DNA of 63,774 bases, filler included, from Intoshia linei (taxonomy: Eukaryota > Animalia > Orthonectida): assembly GCA_001642005.1 (NCBI GenBank). It is 6 parts of 6 records of this genome, joined end to end, with 100 filler letters (N's around TTAATTAATTAA, not from the genome) between each part and the next. Parts side by side here need not be neighbours in the genome. Positions count along the whole stretch, not along the records: positions 28,522 to 42,788 come from LWCA01000972.1; 5 more parts are not named here. The stretch is one strand, 5' to 3'. Positions 28,522 through 42,788 of this stretch are shown here, one piece after another. Position 1 is the first letter of the stretch. Each line of letters opens with the position of its first letter. Below the pieces are notes generated by a model, which saw only the letters and a program-made list of their open reading frames with translations, searched no databases and was not told where the DNA came from. The translations under genes and the position numbers were made by a program.

Positions 28522-28878
28522 CACAAATATAACAATAGTTGTCAGAAAAGCATTGCATTATTTAAAAAATTAATAAAATCAAGCACGAATAAAACTTTAT
28601 ATCAGTATTTTTCTATAGAAATAAAAATTAATCCAATTAATTGGGTTTTTCGCTAATAATTTTTAAAATTGATATGATCGAATCATCAGATGTATATCAT
28701 CATGATGAGATTTAAATTCGCATTCTTTTAATGTATACATTTTATTGACGCATTATTTTGTGTAGTCTAGTGTAATTGAAAATATTCAACATATTCAACA
28801 TTCTAACTATGCTTATTACATATTGTACGTTGTACACTGTACAATGAACATTTGAAAAAAATTTCTTAATTTGTTTAC

Positions 28879-31800
28879 TTGCGTTGAACAGTCACTAAAC
28901 CATTATTGGATGTATAAAAATATTCGTTATCAATTATGGCATTATATTGAACAACTATTTCCTTTCCAACGCTAAAATATATATAGTAGTACATTTTATG
29001 AAAATTGGTAATATTGTTTACTTATTATCTAAAGGAATAGGACCAATAATCCATTCAATTTCAATTTCGCTAGATTTTTCTTTAAAAATTCGAATGACCT
29101 GTTGAGCCCAATTCGCGTACACTATATGTATTTCTTTGTAAAATTTATTCTGTAAATAAAACTATGTACTTTTATGGCTGATACTTACCTTGTTGATATA
29201 TACGAGGGACCCTGTGCCTATTGAATGAAATGTGTAATTTTCAGGATTAAATGTGTAGTGTCCAGATGGATGATCTATTAATAGCATTAATATTACCAAA
29301 GTGTATGTAAAAATACATTATTCTTACTTATATAATATGCTTTGTTTGTGGGTGTGTTAACGTTTACTGTTCAATAACTACCAGACTTAGAATTTTATAA
29401 AGTCCACATTTCAATTACAGTTTTTTCCGGACGTATAATAAGATAATTTCAACCTCCCAAACTCAAATCTTACTGGTTAAAAAGACAATGTCCTTACGAC
29501 ATAGAGTCTAAGACTTAAAATATATAATAATTATTAACATTTATTACTACTGTGATTCGGAATATAGTATCCAATATTCGACATTATGTAATATCCATCG
29601 GAACATACTTTTGAATATAAACTGGACTAATTATAACGAATTATAATAAATTTATATATAATAAATAATACTATATTACGTAGTATATATTATCATAATA
29701 AATAATAATTATGTATACTATGTTAGTATAGAAAGTCAGAATATACTGAAAATTGTCCACAAATTTCATGGAATTTAATTTTTTCTGATTTTTTCATGTA
29801 GGGTATAAAGTCGAGTTTTTTCAATTTTGATATAATTAAAAAGTTTTGACCACTTAACGGTTTAATATTGTACGAGAATACTATTTCATTTTTTAGAATG
29901 CTTCTGTTGATGTCGTACTAATAATAAAATATCATTAATTGAAATTGAAATTATAGTTGTTATTATTAACATATTATTATTATCACATTTATAGAAACAT
30001 TATCATCATAAATTTGATATTCTAACGAATCATCAATGGCAATTTTAATTAATTGTGTAGTTCCTTTCATTTGTTGGTTATAAATAAAAACCATTGAATC
30101 CTAAAATAATTTGAAATTTAATATGTAAAGTATGGTTTGTTAATTTGTAATTGAAATTTAAAATTTACCTGATTTATTATAAAATGTTGACAAAAATTTA
30201 ATTGTATTTTTTTGTTTGGAATAGCGTATTTAGATATGACAAATTGATAAATGGACTACGTAGATATTTAATTAATATTACACCTACATTGCATGTATTC
30301 TATATTATGTAATTATGTATACTAATATTGTATGTAAGAATCAATTGATGTTGTACGAAATACACAACAATCCATCTTGTATTGTACAAAATTAAATTAC
30401 ATGACTCTAAGGTTATCATCATTCCAATAGAGTGGTATTGAGATTGTCTATGGTTGGATTCGAAAAAGAGATAGAAAATTGGAAAGTAGGCGTGGCTCAT
30501 TTAAATCATTAAAATGTTTAAATACATGAAATGTTGTTATCACGTTAAAAAAACTATTAAGTTGCCTGAATATGATGAATTTATTGATAAATAATAAACT
30601 AAATGTAAATATACAAACCTGTTGTCATATATTATAGCACAGTAAAATTTTTTAATTTGAATTTCAGTTTTTTTAATTTGAACCGAAAAAGCTGTAGAAT
30701 ATATTGCTAGATTGCAATGAGTCGTGTCATCTTCAATTCGGAATTCAATGAATATCATATACATATGTAATATGTTATTATTAATAACATAGAAAATATA
30801 AAAATGGAAAATAGTCCTAAAATTACTAGTATAATTTTTATTACATAATTTGACTTAACTAATTTTTTTAAGACTCGTAAAATTAACACCATCAAAACCT
30901 TAATCAAGTTAATGAAGTACCCTTATTTGAAACACGATTATGTATAACAGAAAGTGAATGAATGTATGTCAGTTGAAAATATCTAAATAAATTAAAATAA
31001 CCAATGTTGTCTTTAACGCACTATCGAGTTTATTCATATAGTCTTGATATGTTTTCTTCGGAGACGTACCCCTAAAAATTAATGTGGTAACATATTCAAA
31101 AAATTAAAATTAGTAATAGTATCAGTAAGTGTTTATAACGATAAAAATATCTTTAAAGGAGTTATGGAATGATGTGTGGAAGCGATTTCTAACTGAGGAT
31201 ATAAGCACACGATATGAGGGACTTCGTCTGATTATAATAATATGATAGAATCATTACATCATATTTATGATTCTTGTTATTGACTTAAGATTAACTATTC
31301 AAAGCTTGATCAAGAAATCGTTATGCATAACCACGGTTTTACTATATTTTATTTTTTCATTTATTTGCATTGACGTCTATTATCCACGTGTGGTCACTGA
31401 TTATATGATTACATATCATAACACTTCAAAATGCGTTATGACTAAAATCAACTCGATTTCGTATCTGTTTAATATCATAATATACTATATGTATTAATAA
31501 CTTATTATACATTGTTCTAAATGTAAACATCATTAGTACCATGGTACCAGGTATACCACATAATAAAAAATTCAAAATTTAAAAAATGTATAAATTACGT
31601 AATAGCGTCATGGTGCTGTACTAATGCCAATGTTTCAACAATTTTATCAAATAAATGTTGCAATTTATTTCGACTTTTGGTTTGTATGATATATTGAGTG
31701 TATAAGGAGCGAACATTCTAAAATTAAAATTCGTAAAATTCGTAATACTAAAATTGCTAGAATGTAAATATTTTTCTAGATTTTAAAGTCTAACCTTTTT

Positions 31801-34654
31801 AATCACTTATTAATTTTAATCGTAGCTCAAAACCAATTTTTAAAAATAATTTCAGTTTCACACATCTCTGTAACATTTTATCAACCGGGATTGTACAAAA
31901 TTTTATGCTACACTATCATATATTATATAATAAGCATTTACATTGTTTACTATAGATAAAATTCGAATTTTTCTTTTTAAGTCTGGCCTAGTGGTGTAAA
32001 AGCCTGTCCACACATTGTAATCTACTAAAGGCAAAGCATCATCGTAGAAAACGGGCAAAACGTTCTGTTTAGTGGATTTAATGTAATCATATGGTGTTGA
32101 CACAACATAAGTTACATTTAAATTGTATTTGAGAGACTATGAATTGAATAGTAAAAATATAATATTATTAATAGTATAAATATTATTTTTGAAATTGTAT
32201 AAATTATTTTGAAATTGAAATCTTTTGTATGTACCTCAATATTAGCATAGTATATCATTTTTTCAACATTATAAAATATCTTGTGTGCATTTTCATAGGT
32301 AAAATCTCCGCCAATTGGAATCATTACATCATTGAATTTTGTATTTTTTAGCTACACATAAATTGAAATGTTAAAATAAATACACATGTTAAAACATGAC
32401 GAAAACGAGATATCACTGTACTATGACATATAACTTTTAGTCAAAATTTACATGTTTTTTACGTTTATAAACTAATTATCTATCGTACTTTAATTTTCTG
32501 ACAATTCTAAAATATTGGTTTTCATTTCTGATATTAAAATTTGATTTTTAATTACTTTCTACATTTTATAGAATTAATTGAAAATTTTTGTTATCATGGA
32601 TTTTCAAATTTAATTTAATTTGAATTTCATAACATAACATATACAATGTGGTAGATTTGTACATATATTCTGGCGTATTTTAATAATTTCAGTTCAGACA
32701 TTTTTTGTTTTAAATTTATTTTTTATGATGTCACAATTTCCACAGTGATCTGAAAAAATGTATAAGAAAATTCATGTTTGTAAAAAATTTTGTTTTTTTA
32801 GCGTCCATTTGAAGTTCACATTCCAAACTGCATATGCAGTTCTCGAGTCTTAAGGTGTTAATATGAATTAAAGAATAATTAAAATATGAGTTCCAATTAG
32901 AATAATTTTGGCATAACTTATTTGTGACGTCTAACTGGCAGAGTGGTATAACTATAACTTATATTCATATAATTGTATTCTGCGTGGCTAGAGTTCGAAT
33001 CCCGATTTGTACATCTTTTTATTTAAGATGAACTTATTTCAGTTCCTCTCTGTTAATCGTTACAAATTTAAAAAATATATACTCTTTGTATCACATTTAA
33101 AAAAGAAAATATAGTTATTAATAATAAATCGTACCATTTTTGCACTGTATAACATAAAATATTCGACAATTGAATCCAAATTATAAGACGATGAATGTTT
33201 GTCATCCTAATCAAAACTGATTAATAAATTAATAAAATTTAAAGTGCAAATTACCACAATGGCTGCATAACGTTCAAAATCAAATTGAAACTTTGAGGTA
33301 TATGAATCTTGTAAGTGATGCGTTTTTAAGTGATAATTTGATACTTAAATAATAAAAAATTATTAATAATAATAATTATCATTAGTATTTATTAATACAA
33401 ATAAAATTTAACCTTTTGATTTCCAATCATAGTCAACTACATTATTTTTATTCAACTTTTTTTCAAATTTTTCTGGTATTCTCCAGTGAACTAAATCATT
33501 CATATTCATCTAGAAATTAAAGACTTATATAAAAAAATGTTGTAGAAATACATTTCACAAATAAAAAGGTATGTGTATTCTAACTTTGCAACGAATACTT
33601 GAAATATGATATGTTTTATCTGTAGTTTACATACATGTATATGTTTAAAATAATAAAAGATGTACGGAACTTACGGTCAGATAATGATTTAACGTGTCAT
33701 TTTCGGTGAACATTGTTCAATATATGTAAAAGAGTAAAATTTTAAAAATTTTTAAACGGCCGCCTTGAAGTCTCTAATTACATATTATTTAGAATTATGG
33801 TTTATCTAAGGTTGATACTGCACTACATATTCCCTTATTGGATATATTACGGTAGCAGTTTAAACTCTAAATGTTTGACTACATATTATTCGAAATCAAT
33901 GATGATAACTGTAAAGAGCATATAATGACATTTTTTAGGGAATCTCGACTATCAAACTTTACGTTGCACTAGGAATGCATAATTAATTCATAAAATTTAC
34001 CATTTGAAATATAAGAATACTTGAAACCGAATGACCAAAAGGATCAATTTGCCAAGCTATACTAGGAACTGCTTCAATACCAAAAGTGTTTTTAATAAAA
34101 AGTCTGCCTATTGTCATTTGATCTATTACATCTGAATAATGAGTGACGGCTTCATCATTCATAACCCATCCGCCACCAACAAATCTGAGTCTTTCTAAAG
34201 TTAAAAATAGAATATCAATTTACTTTTCATAATTCATTTTTTTTAATTTAAACTTTCGATTTTACTGAATCTCAAAGATTCAAAATTATATGTACCATTC
34301 TTCACTAGATATTTAACGTTATTCTGTATCGTATAATTTTGTTCATTCCACCATTTTGAAAAGAAAACAATTTCACAATATACAAATTTAAAATTTTGAT
34401 TAAACATTAATTCTGCATATACACTATTCAAGATGTATTTGACACCAGTAGCTTCGTTTAAACCGTCCACTAAATGTAAATATACTTTATTTTTTTAAAA
34501 AACCTCCATAATAATATTCGTCTACCGGTCTCAGCCACCCTGCATCATTATGAGTGTGGGGTATGATGTGAACAGTTTGATCGTATGAATTCCCTATACA
34601 AAAACGATCCAGATAAAGAAAAAGTATTCCTAATATCCTTATAAATTTCAACAT
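28879..34654 (-). CDS. GH38 lysosomal-type alpha-mannosidase (MAN2B1-like), copy A; N-terminal and middle parts, 3' end not seen before the gap
   Basis: Signal peptide, [35 protein letters not shown] (nucleophile Asp), [23 protein letters not shown]|[12 protein letters not shown] and FYTSNNGL. Confidence 0.92.
32936..33050 (+). mobile_element. tRNA-derived SINE-like remnant
   Basis: A-box-like TGGCAGAGTGG and B-box GTTCGAATCC. The downstream tttttatttaagatgaacttat is shared with ~47572-47620. No cloverleaf. Confidence 0.5.
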
Positions 34655-35167
34655 CGCTGTTAAATTAATGTTCAGCAAACAATCATAAATAAATAATTAA
34701 GTAAAAAAAAGTTAAAATTAGTTTTTGTCGTTTCTATTTATAATTTTATTAATGGCATAATATAATTAGTGTTCCGTTATATGTCAGGGAATGAAGGATA
34801 TAGTCTATTGACTTCATTATAATATTCAATTTCGCACTGTGCATTGCACACATTAACAATTTGTCCTATATATCCTTATTTAAAGTTAAAACTATAATTT
34901 ATCAAAGATCTTGATGATAAATTAATAATTTTATTTGTAAAATGGTATCTTGAGATTGGAAATTTTTGTATGTGATGTGGTAACCTAACAGTTGAAGTGT
35001 ATTTATGCAAGTTTACTATATACCCAGTGTATTTGTATTTAAATAAACACGGTTCAAAATATAAACTGTTAAAACGGTTTAATGTAAATTATAAAAAATC
35101 CATTGTGATTTATTTTAACGATTCTGATATCCTAAATTTGGATTAATATAATAATTAATTACTGTAA

Positions 35168-36077
35168 TCCTAAATTATATAAAATGCGACGCGGTTTTTG
35201 TTTATCTGTCTGTGTGTCCTACTTTATTGAAATAATTAGCACTCTTAGAATTTTTTAAAGATCACATTTCAAATACAGTTTTTTTTCCGGAACGTATAAT
35301 AAGATACATTTGAACCTCTTAATTTCACATCTTAAGGGTTAAAAACTCCTGTTGTCCCTCTTTTTGAAAATTAAACGAGTTGGAGAATTTAAAAAAACAT
35401 ATACGCTGATGCGGATTTTAAAATCATAAACATTATCACAAATTTAAATTTAAAAAAATTATATCTTCATGGCCAAAACCACAAATTCCCTTCCTTTTTT
35501 TTGAAAACAGCCCTAGAATTTCAAAAAATATACAGTTGTATCCTGTTAATACACACAGAAAATTTTAATCCGAATAAGTGACGACTTCACGGTTTAGTAT
35601 TCATATATTTTTTTTTCCGAAATATTTTATTAAAACCAAAAATGTGAAGTAATTAACGGTCCAAAAATTAAAAAAAAAGATTATTCTGATAGAGCTTATT
35701 CTAGTTAATATAAATACAAAATTTTTAAATTTTAATATTTCATTTTCAAAAAATTTTGTAAACTTTAATTAATTTACTAACTGAAAACGTGTTATTTTTT
35801 TACTCATTGAAATTTGAAATAAAATAATAAAAACAAAAGCAACATTCACAAGGAAAAACGCCAAAATTAAGAAGATGACACTTTTTTATTATATCATAAA
35901 AATAAATTCATGTTAAAAATCTAATAGTACGGTAATACATTTATAATAGTCTTATTTTAATGGATTCATAAAAGTTATTTAAACCATAATAGATTTAATT
36001 TTTAATGTTAAAATTAAAATTTCCGCCCTCGGCAGAGCTAGATGCTGTTTATACATAGTACAAACCAGCCAAGCTAG
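35168..36077 (+). mobile_element. Full-length non-autonomous Helitron (~910 bp)
   Basis: A|TC 5' end, subterminal hairpin, CTAG|T 3' end and no TSD. Related 5' ends at ~29322, 50632, ~43035(-), ~46062(-) and ~55655(-). Related 3' ends at ~15970(-), ~52690 and 55005. Confidence 0.85.
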
Positions 36078-36703
36078 TTATTATATAATTACAAAACTAA
36101 TTAATTTTAGTTTGTTGTTATCAATCTTATTTGTTTAAGGCAACACTTACAAGTTAAAAGACTAATCGGTATCAACATTGTACTATCAACGTTATTCCAT
36201 TAAATATTTTCACAGAAAAATGACGTTAAATTTTAAATTATAACCGATTTAATAAAGAATTTCATATTTTATTAAAATTTGATGAAGATATGCAACAAAA
36301 TAAATATACCTTGTATTATGGTAACAATTAATGAAATGAATGCATTACATATAAAATCTGAACATTTCAGTTAATTACGTGAAATAAATGCTCTAATTTG
36401 ATATATCACACCAGTATAAAAAAAAATTTTTATCAGAAAAGATACCAATAATGGTGAAATTTTTTGAGTAGTCGTGTAGCATATCAAATTGTTTTATTTT
36501 ATAATTCAAACATAAATATAGTACAATTAAAGCATTTCAATGCATTTGCAAGCGAAGTTGATAAATAATATGGATTACATTCCACGGAAATGGTTAGTAA
36601 TATTTTATTAATAAACATTATGATATAAAGATGGAATTAATACTTAAATAATTAATTTAATTATTTTACTATAAAATAGAATACATAAACTTTACAATAT
36701 AAA

Positions 36704-38820
36704 GGGTAATCTACAAAAACGGCACGCATTTATAATTACGTACTTATGAAATACTTATCAACAAAATATCACACTTCAGACTTAATCTTTATGTGTCAAT
36801 TATAATATAATAAATGTACATTTAAATTAAAATAGTAAGTTTAACGAGAGTAAAGCAAATTCGAAATGCAAATTTGATTACAAAATTTGATTGAGGATTA
36901 CATCCAAGGTGGAAAAACGATTGTAGGTAAAAACGGCACATACAAAAAAGGCACACTACAAAAACGGCACAACTTAAATAATTAGAATTACATAGCAATG
37001 AAAATACAATTGTATTCATATGATGACAAGTAGAACTTGAGATTAAATTTACGGAATGAGTGTATTATAAAAGATCTGCAAATAATCTATTATTATTTAT
37101 TGTTATATGTTATTATTTATTACTAATTACAAACAAAATCTTATATTATAAGCAGTTCCGCGTAGAAATAGACTAATAATTATAATAACCAATAATTAAC
37201 ACTTTATAACAGCGTAACTCTATTTTTCACTACAAAACATCATATATTATGTATTTTTAATTAGAATTTATAATTGAATAGAATAAAAAAATATTCTATG
37301 GTATTCACACCAGAGAATATTTTCAATTTTTTTGTAATATGGTTTGTAGGTAAAAAATTAATTTTAATATTTCAGTTTTAACTTAATTCTGTAGTGGATG
37401 AATTCTATAAAATCTAATAATAATAATAAAAATGAATCTAATATAGGTCAAATGTTAAGTGAAATTGCGTTATATCAGTGTATTGTATTTTCATTGCTAT
37501 GTAATTATAATTATTTAAGTTGTGCCGTTTTTGTAGATTACCGAAAAAAATATAATTTAATTTCTACACGGAATTGCTTATAAAATAAGATTTTGTCTGT
37601 AATTTACTAATAAATGATAATATAATTTGCAGATCTTTTATAATATACTCTTCCGTAAATTTTATCTCAAGTTCTACTTGTCATCATATCAATACAATTG
37701 GGCTGTAATTTAAATGTCAATTGATTTATCAGTTTTTAGCTTCTAAATTTTTATTTTTATTCATGATGGATATTTATCTTTAATATTAAATTTCTCTATT
37801 ATAATACTTTCATTTCGTCACTTGTAGGCACCCACTCCTAATCAATTCGACACTTAACCATATAAATTTTCAGTTTTTACACATATTATTCATATTACAA
37901 TACTCTACTATTGACATAATTACATTCTATTTATTCTCATATTAAAAAATTTTCTCTAGGTAAACACCATAAAATATTTTTAATTTTTTTGTAATATGGT
38001 TTGTAGGTATAATATGGTATCTTAATAGTTCAGTTTTAACTTAGGTCTGTAGTGGATGATATAATATTTCAAAAACTAGATTTATATGTATTTTATATAT
38101 GTATATATTTATATAAGTATGATATATTTAATTTTTATACTGACACTCTTTAAAAAACGGACAACTTGGATTTTTAACCCTGAAGGTCTCAAATTGGGAA
38201 AATGAAACAAATATTAACATCACCTGCGAAAAACGATATTAGAAATAAGGTTTTTTAAATAAAAGGTAAAATAGACATTTAATATAATTATACTTAATAT
38301 AAGTTGATAATGTATGATTAATTAATTGACAATTCGAATAATTGATAATATGCTAAATTTAGTGTTAAATTTATTCGTGTCCGTTCACAATATCGTAAAT
38401 TCAAATGATAGTATTTATTTTGTTTAAGTTTAAATTAAATAATTCATTTAATTTAGACTACAGACCCAAGTTAAAACTGAAATATTAAGATACCATATTA
38501 TACCTACAAACCATATTACAAAAAAAAATAAAAATATTCTACGGTGTTCACACCAGAGAATATTTTTTATCCAATTCAATTTACTATATTTAGTTTGTTA
38601 TGAATTTTATTTTTTTACGATCTTTTGATAGTGTGCCAAATTTATTTATTCAAAGACAAACTCTATTATTTAATTGCTACGTAAATCAATTGCCATTAAC
38701 AACAAATCAATTGAAAAAATAAACATTTAAAAGCTAAAAATTGATAAATTAAATTATATTCATACAATTGTATTTTCATTGCCATGTAATTATAATTATT
38801 TAAGTTGTGCCGTTTTTACC
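36704..38820. repeat. Foldback or MULE-like tract of scrambled direct and inverted blocks
   Basis: ggtaatctacaaaaacggcac (~36705) is inverted at ~37522-37542, and aaaacggcac is reiterated. Block ~37005-37165 is inverted at ~37560-37700. Block ~37285-37400 is direct at ~37945-38060 and inverted at ~38457-38580. Confidence 0.7.
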
Positions 38821-38875
38821 ATAAATCATATAAAGTACCGATTAATATATACAGACTGAACCGAGAACTTAACTT

Positions 38876-41611
38876 ACCCGAAACTTTCATGGGGCCTCAG
38901 TTTTCAAAATTTTTCATCTGAATTATATATTATGCAACATTATAATTATATTATATTTACATCTTCTATTACATTCCTCGAGTAACGAATTGATACCGGT
39001 TACATATTTTTAGAAATAATTAAATTGATAAACTTAAACTTTCTTAAATTTAAACTTTAACTAAACATTATCTTTTGAATCTTCGGAAATTAAATTCTAT
39101 TTAAAGTATTTAGAAATAATATTTAATGAAACTAAATGACGTAATCATTCTAAGTCAATCAATATTGTTTTAATTTCACCCATTTTAATTTGAAAGCAAT
39201 AACCTAAAAATATATATATTAAATTGGTCTAAAATCTAAAAAATAAATACAAAACAACGTGTATATCTTTATATCGTTAGTGATCCAGATAAAAGTAGAT
39301 CATTGGTCTATATTACGATATTTATCACTTTCATCAAGTGTGTCAAGCATTGTACGACCAAAATTTAAACAAAAAAACATTGAACATATTAATGAAAAGT
39401 GAACCTCGTATGAGATATAATATCGTATAATATATTAATTTAACCTTATTTCGTTCAAACTCGCGCGTCATTCTTTTAAAATCATAATAATATACCTTCT
39501 TTATGTTTTTGAATAATTTCAATAATATGAGCAGCGTTTAGACTAGTTTCATACATGTTTCGAATTTTTAAATAATTAAAAATTTTCTAATTTGAATATT
39601 AAATAATAAAATTCAAACAATCAACCTGAGGGCAGATATTTTCTATAAATGCTAAATCTTTGCCACTAAAAAATTGGAAACGCATAAGCAACCGTTGTCC
39701 TAGCATTTGAAAGGTTAATAAATGTATATTCTTGTGGACATAAAATTCTGAAGTAAAGGGCTAAATATATTTGATATGAATTGTGCAAAAATATTCAATT
39801 ATATTAAAAATTTTATGACTTACAGTTAATTTGGTAAAATTTCTGATTCCATCCATGCATATGCTTTGAGCTTCATTATACACTATTTGATTAAGTAGTG
39901 GTATATTCTCTACATTTTCATTGATAAAAAAGGTGTGTCTAGCTAAAAAATAAACTCAATGCATAAATCAAAAATATTGAACTGTTTATAATAGTATTAT
40001 CTCTTAGAGATTCCCATATTCCTAGATTGTCGTGGTGGCGTAAGTTTCGGTGTATCTAATAATTTTATTTATTTTAGCTTTTTAAATAATGAATTAATTG
40101 AATAAACATTAATTTTTATTAACACAGAAATTACAATTATGATTATAATCATATAATAATAATAATATAGTAATAATAAATTAAAATAAATTTAGAACCT
40201 CTGCGTAATATAGCACAAATTGTGTATGTTATAAGAAGTTACACTATATAATTTCATTTCATTACACATTACATTGTAGTTAAATAGTTACTTAGATTAC
40301 AATTACTATATGAAATACATTTAAAATCAATACTGTAAACCAGTGGTTCTCAATCTGTGTTCCGCGAAATTTAATTGGGGTTCCGTGAAATATAAATGCG
40401 ATATTTTTCAATTTAAAGTTTTTCTAAATTACTGTTGTATGCAATGAAAAACCATCATTTCTCAAATTTAATTCAAATAAGTTTAAATAAAAGTATTATA
40501 CGTTGTGAGTATGGAAACCTGCAAAATGATGTTAAAAAGTAATAATAATTCAAATTATCTTTATGAAAAATATTGTAAAGAAGGTGGGTTTTTATTGTTC
40601 CAACTCTCTTGAAATAATTTAAATAAGTTACTTACCTCTTTATAATGATATCTAACTAAAAAGTTATCTCTCACGGGCCTGGATGCTCAAATTTCTCATT
40701 GAGAAGGAAAAATAAATTTCTTTATTAAAAAATTTATGTTTTCAATATTAGAAGCATAATTTTTTAATTAAAAATCAATTTGTTTTATATATGCGACATG
40801 CGAAAAAAAATTTAGGTGGACAATTTAAAATTTAAAATTTTATAAGGGTTCCGCGCAGTAAAAAAAATGAGAAACACTGCTATAAACAATAAGTTACGTT
40901 TTACAGAGGTTTTACTGTATAATTATACTAGCTTGACTATTATGTACTTTGAACAAACAATAGCTCGTAATTATATAATAATAGTATTCTAACTGCTCAA
41001 TAGCATTTAAATAAATTATATAGTAATAATTATTATTTGCTTTTAGATTATTAATAATAATTCTTAGTAAACAGTGATACTCAATCGGTGTATGGTGGAA
41101 CATTAGTGTTGCTGATAAAATTTTATTTATGATTAATAAGACTTGGTTAAAATCATCGTTTATGTAATTATAGTAAATTCCCATGGATACATAGAATAGG
41201 GGTTCCAATTGATCAAAAGGTTGAAGGTCACTGTACCAAATTATGAATTATCCATAAATACCAATATATCAACTTGTCCAGCTGTCGGACTTGTTCCTCC
41301 GACAGATCTATCCACCAGAATTGCCAAACTCTCGAGATTGTTCTATTTTAAATTAATTTCTATTAATTGCAATATTTTTCATATAATTATTGTATATTTA
41401 ATAATTATTATATTATATTACAGTGATGTATATGGAATTTGTGATTGGAACGAAATTTTCTTCATATTTTTTGTATTTATCGTATCTGGATTTACTTTTA
41501 ATTATTTATAAAATTAAGATACTTGCGTTGAACTGTTACCAGTCCATTATTAGAGGTATAAAAATGTTCATTTTTTATTTTTGTGAAATATTTTACTACA
41601 ATTTCTTTACT
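38876..41611 (-). CDS. GH38 alpha-mannosidase copy B; C-terminal exons only, distal 3' exons uncertain
   Basis: [42 protein letters not shown] and LAILVDRSVGGTSPTAGQVDIL|IHRNLRHHDNLGIWESLRD match the GH38 C-terminal motifs (NYYPV; DRSQGGSS..DG.LELMVHRRL..DD.RGVGEPL). Confidence 0.82.
40341..40879. mobile_element. hAT-type MITE in a mannosidase B intron
   Basis: TIRs cagtggttctca / tgagaaacactg. The 8-bp TSD is ctgtaaac / ctataaac (one mismatch). Confidence 0.8.
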
Positions 41612-41947
41612 AAATAATAATTATTAATGTTATTATTACATCTGGTATGTATTTATTGTGTATTGTGTATTATGAACTTAATATAGTATAATTCGTAAAT
41701 TCATATCAATTTAACACATACATATTATGAAAGATGTTTAGACAGGACCCTGCAACTGGTATGTGTCACCACTCCGTCAACTAGATACGGATAGAGTAAA
41801 TATTTTTAGATATGACGGGTGGATATCAGTGGATGCGCGCGCCGAGTTAAAAATAGTAAAATCTTCAATTTATGTTTTATATTTAGTAGTACTGTTAATA
41901 TTTAATAATTTTAATGTATTATTATAATAGTGAAGGTCACTGGCCAC

Positions 41948-42788
41948 TAGGGTGTTTCACAAATTAGAATCTTTATTTGAGATAGAAAAATTTAGTCTAG
42001 TATTAGTATTAAAAACATCATGTTGGCATTAAAATTTAGCAAAATTGTGCCGATGAGTTGCGCCTCACGTTTAAAGTTTTTAAATTAATATTAATATGAA
42101 CTTGATTATTTTAGTTTATTATATACTTTTTAATAAATTTGATAATAAAATAACCCTTTTACAATAAGTCCAAACATTAACTACTCATTTGTATCATGAT
42201 TAATGTCGAATTATGACAATCTTAGTCAAAAATACGTAAAAGAAATTGATGTACCACAAAGCACTATTTGGTGTAGAGGCAATTATGTTGAATTAGAAAA
42301 ATTAGTTAATTCCTATAAAATGTTAAAAGTTTCTGGAAATAAACCAAAAATAAAATTTAATAAATTTCCAAATCTCTCAAGTGCTAGATGGAACATACGT
42401 GCTAATTTAGCTTTGAAAGCGTATATTCTTGGTTGTACGGATAACGGTTTAGAAATATGTTGTGATTTTATTGTGAATTCATGGTTTGAAGCATAGAAAC
42501 ATAGCGTATCTTTAAATTCCCGATCAAAATGCTACGAAAAATTAGTGACTTCGCTTCATGGAAATTAAAAATGTATTGGGTTCTTAAATAAACATAAATA
42601 TAGTTCTAAACCAAAACTAAATGTTCGACTAACAAATGAAATTTCCGAGAGAACATTATCAGGACTAAATATTCTCAAAGAAAGGTCAAGAAATTTGATG
42701 AATTTGAGGAAAGAATTAATCATGGATGCCATTCAAAAATTAAACTTATTATATAATTAAAAATTTCGAAAATGTCTGAATACTTTAC
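41948..42788 (+). mobile_element. Decayed hATm-like transposon
   Basis: TAGGGTG terminus. ORF remnant LSSARWNIRANLALKAYIL and later TNEISER resemble the hAT ARW and NxxxER motifs. Stops are present. Confidence 0.55.

Noticed and set aside
36704-38820. CRISPR-like array from recurring aaaacggcac and block repeats
   Set aside because: Spacing is irregular, orientation is mixed, the context is eukaryotic and there are no cas genes.
40912-41617. ORFs 40912-41208(-), 41209-41511(+) and 41423-41617(+)
   Set aside because: They are intronic or antisense to mannosidase B. Homology joins GQVDIL directly to the IHRNL exon near 40037.
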